This document shows positions 59,454 through 64,000 of a stretch of 64,000 bases of DNA, in pieces. A model generated the notes under the pieces. It did no database searches. It was not told the DNA's origin and worked only from the letters and a program-made list of their open reading frames with translations. Source of the stretch: an uncultured Solirubrobacteraceae bacterium. Lineage in GTDB: Bacteria > Actinomycetota > Thermoleophilia > Solirubrobacterales > Solirubrobacteraceae. Made by a program: the position numbers and the translations under genes. How positions within the stretch are numbered: position 1 is the first letter of the stretch; each line of letters starts with the position of its first letter. The DNA is taken from positions 1 to 64,000 of the forward strand of contig CAZPQW010000009.1 in NCBI GenBank assembly GCA_964588985.1, given 5' to 3'.

Positions 59454-59651
59454 TCAGGCCTTGAGGTTGATCTGGCCGGGGGTGATTTTGGCGGGAGAGG
59501 CCGCCTGGGTGAGAGCGTGTGCCGCGCCGTTGTCCGAGTCGCCGTCGTGGTCCGGCGCCCCCGGGACCTCGGCGGTCTCGGGCTTGGCGGGCGGCGTGGG
59601 GACTGCGTGGCTCTGGGCGGGCGCTGCGCCGCCGACTGGGGTGATGCTCAT
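59454..59651 (-). CDS. Small 65-aa protein with DHDGDSD motif, sigma28-dependent
   Basis: GAGGGAAGG SD; MSITPV...DHDGDSD...PGQINLKA; own promoter and downstream hairpin. Confidence 0.75.
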   Translation of the reverse strand: MSITPVGGAAPAQSHAVPTPPAKPETAEVPGAPDHDGDSDNGAAHALTQAASPAKITPGQINLKA

Positions 59652-59688
59652 GGGGCCGTTCCTTCCCTCGGGTTGGTTTGTGGTCGAT

Positions 59689-59715
59689 TCATCGGCCCGA
59701 GCTGTGTTGCCTTTA
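59689..59715 (-). promoter_or_regulatory. Sigma28 (FliA/WhiG) promoter
   Basis: TAAA-N15-GCCGATGA, one mismatch to the TAAA-N15-GCCGATAA consensus. Confidence 0.8.
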
Positions 59716-59732
59716 AGAGACTGAGCGGTCTC

Positions 59733-61208
59733 TCACAAACGGATCGCCGGGAGCGCAACCGCAGACGACCGTCCGAGCTCCGTGCCGTAGGCGTCGAGCG
59801 CACTCACGGCGAAGCTGGAGCCGACCGCGTCGGTGTGGAGCACGGTCTCGAAGCTCCTCGCTCTCACGGTCGCGACCGCCTGCATGCCGCCCGCTTTCGA
59901 GTCGACGAGCAGCTGCCACGCATGCACGTCGGTCGCGCCGTTCCAGCTGGCGTAGGCGGCGACCCTGCCTTCGCGGTGGTCAATCGCGAGCGCCGGCGCC
60001 TCCGCTGGCTGTGCGCTCCACGGCAGGCGAAACGCGCGGTAGCACTGGTAGCGAGCGCCGAGCTTCGCGTCGAACAGCAGGCGCCCGGAGGGGTCGAACT
60101 CGGAGACGCGGGGGATTTCCCCCCAGCCGACGAACACGTTGCCGTTGGCGAGCCGCTGCACGCTGCCCTGGCTGCCGGCGAGGATCCCCGCGTGGGTGTA
60201 CTGGCGCAGCAACGTCGCGGACATCTGCTGCTCGTCGAGGGCGAGGATCAGCCCGCGCGACTGCCGCTCCACCGCGGGCGTGGCGCCGTTGTCGAACACC
60301 GTGAGCGTGCCGTCGGACTGGCGGCGAGCGTGGTGCTGCCACGCGAAGCGGCTGCCCGGCCCCATCGCGAAGTCGCTGCTCCCGCCGCCGAGGCGCCAAA
60401 GGATGTTGCCCCGGCGGTCGAGCTTGTAGACGGTCTGGGTGCTGCGCGAGGAGATCAGCAGGCTCCCGTCGCCGTCGAGGGCGACGGAGTTGATGTGGGA
60501 GTAGTCCCAGTTGGCGCCCACGGGGGCGAAGGACTCCGCGAGCGGGATGTGCTCGAGGCTGTGCCACTCGAGCAGCACCCTGCCGGTGGCGAGGTCGACC
60601 TCCTGGAAGATCGCGTCCTGGATCGTGCCGTCGCGCGCGCCGCCGACGCTCGAGAGGTCGGCGCCGACGACCTGGTAACTGGTGATCAGCGCGGTGCCCT
60701 GGGGCGTGATGACGAACTCGTGCAGGTCGCCGCGCAGCCCGCCCGCGGCCTGGATGCGGCGCACGGTGCGGTAGGCGGTGTCGGCGATCACGTATTCGCC
60801 GACGCCGTGGCCGAGTTCGATGTGTCCCTCCCACCACGTGAGCACCGGCTCGCCGCGATAGCTCTGGACCTTGAAGTTGGTGGTCACGATGCCCGCGACC
60901 GGGTTCTCCCAGATCGGCTCGCCGTGGTGGTCGACGATCACCGCGCCCGCCTGACCGTAGGGGTTGTTGTAGGGGGCGATGAAGATCGGATCGGTGGAGG
61001 CGCCCTGCTCGTTGCGGAGCACCGTGAGCGCAGGGATCCTCAGGTCCGGGCGGCTGCGCCACGCGGGCGGCCTCGGCGAGCGCCCGCTGCGGGCAGTGGC
61101 GGCGAGCACGACCTCGGTGACGCTGCCGGCGAGACCGAGCGTCATCGCGCCGAGCCCCGCGGAGCGCAGCAGTTGACGACGAGTGACGCCGGTGCTTACC
61201 GTTGTCAT
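59733..61208 (-). CDS. Tat-exported arylsulfotransferase (ASST) family protein
   Basis: TRRQLL Tat motif, DLHEF, DYSHINSV, ISSR, WQHHAR, FDNG, SQGSVQ, YASWNGAT. Confidence 0.9.
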   Translation of the reverse strand: MTTVSTGVTRRQLLRSAGLGAMTLGLAGSVTEVVLAATARSGRSPRPPAWRSRPDLRIPALTVLRNEQGASTDPIFIAPYNNPYGQAGAVIVDHHGEPIWENPVAGIVTTNFKVQSYRGEPVLTWWEGHIELGHGVGEYVIADTAYRTVRRIQAAGGLRGDLHEFVITPQGTALITSYQVVGADLSSVGGARDGTIQDAIFQEVDLATGRVLLEWHSLEHIPLAESFAPVGANWDYSHINSVALDGDGSLLISSRSTQTVYKLDRRGNILWRLGGGSSDFAMGPGSRFAWQHHARRQSDGTLTVFDNGATPAVERQSRGLILALDEQQMSATLLRQYTHAGILAGSQGSVQRLANGNVFVGWGEIPRVSEFDPSGRLLFDAKLGARYQCYRAFRLPWSAQPAEAPALAIDHREGRVAAYASWNGATDVHAWQLLVDSKAGGMQAVATVRARSFETVLHTDAVGSSFAVSALDAYGTELGRSSAVALPAIRL

Positions 61209-61295
61209 AGCTAGCCCACAGCTAAGCGCACGAGCCGAAGGGGAACGTGAGGATCGCGTAAGACGTTTCTGGGGAGGCGCCGGCGCGCGGGTCGT

Positions 61296-62342
61296 CTAGA
61301 TCCAGCCGCGGGCGGTCGCCATGAGCACCGCCTGCGCGCGATCGATCGCGCCGAGCTTGCCGTACACGTTGTGCAGATGGCTGCGGACGGTGCTCGTTGA
61401 CAGTTCGAGCTCATCCGCGATCTGCTTGTAGATGCCGCCCTTGGCGAGGCCCTGGAGCACCGACAGCTCGCGGTCGGTGAGCGGGCACGGATCGACGTGG
61501 CGCGCACGTTGGTTGGCCGTGGTCGGCAGCTCGTACATCAGCCCCCGCAGCTCGCGCGGGCTGATCCCCACTGCGTAGGCGGTGCGGCGCATGTGCCGAG
61601 GGGAGACGTTCGCGCCCTGCTCGTAGCGGGCGAGCATGTCCGCTAGCTGGATGAATGCGGCCTCGCCTTCGACCTCCTCGTTGTGGTGCTGCTCGACCGC
61701 CGACGCGATCGTGCCGGGCAGGCCCCAGCGCCTGAGGAGCACGCCGCCGACGAGGGCGTGGTCGACGCCCAGCTCCCTGCGCTCCTGATGAATGCGCTCC
61801 TCGGGTGTGCTCGCGCCGTTGTGGATCCGGCTCGGGTAGCCGGGGTAGGCGTTCGCGAGCACGAGCTTGCCGACGTCGTGCAGGAGGCTCGTGACCGCGA
61901 GACGGTCGCGGTGTTTGTAGCCCACCGCGCACGCGATCCGGTCGGCGACCCGCTGCGTCGCGACGGCGTGCAGCCGGAAGCGCTCGGGCGCGAAGTCCCA
62001 GCCGGTGGCGTGCTCGAAGAACTCGAACGTCACCGCATTCTCGGCCAGCTCGCGGAGCGCTTCGGGAGACAGCGCCTCGACCGCGCCAGGAACCGTGTCG
62101 ATCAGCCCGCGACCCGACTGGCCGGCGTTCGCGCGGCGCAGGACGGCGATCACGAAGGCCACGTCGGACTCGATCGCCGAGACGACCTCGTCGGTGACGA
62201 CGTGATCCTTGGCGGTGGCGGACAGCAGACGTGCGCGCGACTCCTCCAGAGCCGGGAACGCATCGAGCGCTTCGAACGCCCTCGTCAGGCGACTGCCGTG
62301 GGTCTCGTTGTGGTGGCGCTGGGCAGCGACGGTTGCGGGCAT
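61296..62342 (-). CDS. HDOD domain + LuxR-type HTH regulator
   Basis: IESD...VLRRAN, LLHDVGK, GVDHALVG...WGLP...EQHH; C-terminal LTDRELSVL...YKQIA.EL.LS.STVRSH...YGKL. Confidence 0.9.
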   Translation of the reverse strand: MPATVAAQRHHNETHGSRLTRAFEALDAFPALEESRARLLSATAKDHVVTDEVVSAIESDVAFVIAVLRRANAGQSGRGLIDTVPGAVEALSPEALRELAENAVTFEFFEHATGWDFAPERFRLHAVATQRVADRIACAVGYKHRDRLAVTSLLHDVGKLVLANAYPGYPSRIHNGASTPEERIHQERRELGVDHALVGGVLLRRWGLPGTIASAVEQHHNEEVEGEAAFIQLADMLARYEQGANVSPRHMRRTAYAVGISPRELRGLMYELPTTANQRARHVDPCPLTDRELSVLQGLAKGGIYKQIADELELSTSTVRSHLHNVYGKLGAIDRAQAVLMATARGWI

Positions 62343-62616
62343 GGCAGGTACATCCCTCCTGTCTCGAGGCGACGGTGGGCTGCCTGCTGCGACGATCGCC
62401 GTGAGGGCGGCGAGGGCGGTGCGGTGGGAAAGGATCGCAGCGGCAGCCTCTGAGTTAACAACGGCTGGTTACCGGTGCTGCACGATCCGTAGTTAGCCCC
62501 TGATGTGGGTGTGGTTTGCCCGAGATTGATTGGCTGGCCTACGAACGGGGCGAACACCGTGGGGGCAACGCGCCCTCAACATGGACCCGCCGCCGCCTCC
62601 GGTATGGTTCTAATTG

Positions 62617-63735
62617 ATGGCTCTCCAAAACGAGATTGACCAGAGGCGCCGGGAGATTCAAACCGAGGGCTATCCCATGTCCGTTGGAGAGTTGCTGAAT
62701 ATCTATCGCGACGGAGATCTGGACATACATCCTGAGTTCCAGCGTTTTTTCCGGTGGAGCACTGCTCAGAAGTCCCGCTTCATCGAGTCTCTCCTACTCG
62801 GCATACCAATTCCGTCGCTGTTCGTTCATCAGCGTCAGGATGGTGTTTGGGACGTCATAGACGGCCTTCAGCGACTGAGCACCATTTTTGAGTTCGTCGG
62901 GGTTCTAAAGGACTCCTCAGATCAACTTGTCAGACCTACCGCACTCACCGCAACTGAGTATCTACCTTCACTCGCTGGCGTCGTCTGGGATGACAACACC
63001 GATGGCTCCATCCCACTGACCCCCGATCAGCAACGCCTTATCAAGAGGGCGTCCATTGATATAAAGATCGTAAAGCGCGAGAGCGACGAAGATGCAAAGT
63101 ACGATCTGTTTCAGCGCCTCAACACTGGCGGATCCCAACTGTCCGACCAGGAGGTTCGCAACTGTCTCCTAATCATGGTGCGACCGGACTTCTACGGGTG
63201 GGTAAGAGGCCTACGCGACCTGGCAAGCTTTCAGCGCACCATCGCAATTTCCGACCGGGCCGTTGATGAGCAATATGACATGGAGCTCGCCATTAGATTC
63301 CTTGCACTCAAGAATGCTGACGCGGCCATCCTGAGAAACATTGGCGATATGAGTGACTTCCTTGATAAGCGATCTCTAGAATTTGCGCGCAGCGACCAAT
63401 TTGACCTGGACACCGAAGGCAATACCTTTGCCCAGACCTTTGACATCCTAGACTCTGCCCTGGGAGACGATGCGTTTCGACGATACGACGGGGTCACCGA
63501 TAGGTTTCTTGGAGGATTTGCCGTATCAGCCTTTGAGGCCATCACGGTGGGAGTACACGCGAATCTCGACGCGTGGACCAAACTTGACGCAAGCGAGCGA
63601 AACGTAAGTTTGAGAGGTCGCGCTCAACAACTATGGAGCGATCAGGAGTTCCGGACCAACTCTGGTAGCGGCATTCGTGCTTCAGGACGGATTCCTAAGA
63701 CAGTACCTAGGGGCCGCGCACTGTTTACGCCGTGA
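62617..63735 (+). CDS. DUF262 (GmrSD/ParB-like) domain protein
   Basis: PEFQRFFRW, IESLLLGIPIP, VIDGLQRL, FQRLNTGG; markedly lower GC. Confidence 0.92.
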   Translation: MALQNEIDQRRREIQTEGYPMSVGELLNIYRDGDLDIHPEFQRFFRWSTAQKSRFIESLLLGIPIPSLFVHQRQDGVWDVIDGLQRLSTIFEFVGVLKDSSDQLVRPTALTATEYLPSLAGVVWDDNTDGSIPLTPDQQRLIKRASIDIKIVKRESDEDAKYDLFQRLNTGGSQLSDQEVRNCLLIMVRPDFYGWVRGLRDLASFQRTIAISDRAVDEQYDMELAIRFLALKNADAAILRNIGDMSDFLDKRSLEFARSDQFDLDTEGNTFAQTFDILDSALGDDAFRRYDGVTDRFLGGFAVSAFEAITVGVHANLDAWTKLDASERNVSLRGRAQQLWSDQEFRTNSGSGIRASGRIPKTVPRGRALFTP

Positions 63736-64000
63736 AGCTTCGTAGCCTGTCCGAGCTAGAACTGGCTGTTGACCGTGAGACGGCTTGGCGGAAGCGTGAG
63801 CTCGTCACGATCTTGTTCCACGCGCGAGAGTCCCGTGCTACTAAGGCGCCGACGGCATTGCGCGCCGGCGTGGCGCTCCTCTATGCGCATTGGGAGGGAT
63901 GGATTAAGAACATAGCGACCTATTATTTGGATTACGTAGCCCGCCAGCGATTGACTTACGAGCAGCTGAGTACTCCATTTTTTGCTCTTGCATTGAAGCA
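63732..64000 (+). CDS. HEPN nuclease, MAE_28990-like (5' part, runs off window)
   Basis: GTGA overlap with DUF262; MKLRSLSELELAVDRETAWRKREL...LRAGVALLYAHWEGWIK matches the WRxxEL...LYAHWEGF pattern. Confidence 0.8.
   Translation, partial: MKLRSLSELELAVDRETAWRKRELVTILFHARESRATKAPTALRAGVALLYAHWEGWIKNIATYYLDYVARQRLTYEQLSTPFFALALK

Overview
GC-rich actinobacterial chromosome segment; gene content and order suggest Thermoleophilia/Solirubrobacterales (inference). The core backbone is pyrR-pyrB-pyrC-(isochorismatase)-carA-carB with a PyrR RNA site, rnz, tRNA-Arg(CCG), a SAM-I riboswitch over a thrC-like enzyme plus a sulfur carrier, rel-recJ-secDF-ruvBAC-yebC, pdxST, a cfa/DUF1365 lipid-modification operon, acetoacetyl-CoA synthetase, ppx and a diguanylate cyclase. 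Four lower-GC accessory patches stand out. (1) Next to the tRNA lies an unfused CapRel/PhRel-like toxSAS-antitoxin pair. The toxin's conserved N-terminal motif is separated from its likely start codon by a one-base frameshift. (2) An orphan MbcA/ParS-type antitoxin. (3) A 680-bp gap with no plausible call in the ORF track hides a complete transcription unit: promoter, 14-codon leader ORF, 55-aa single-TM protein, structured 3' UTR and terminator. It resembles a type I toxin locus. (4) A DUF262 + HEPN defence-like pair at the right edge. Also notable: sigma28-type promoters on a tiny DHDGDSD protein and on the diguanylate cyclase, an RpiB-VOC fusion behind pdxST, a Zn-ribbon-PAS gene in the usual yajC position, and pervasive leaderless gene starts. 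No CRISPR array, rRNA, integrase or transposase was seen. All calls come from reading the sequence; no database searches were run.
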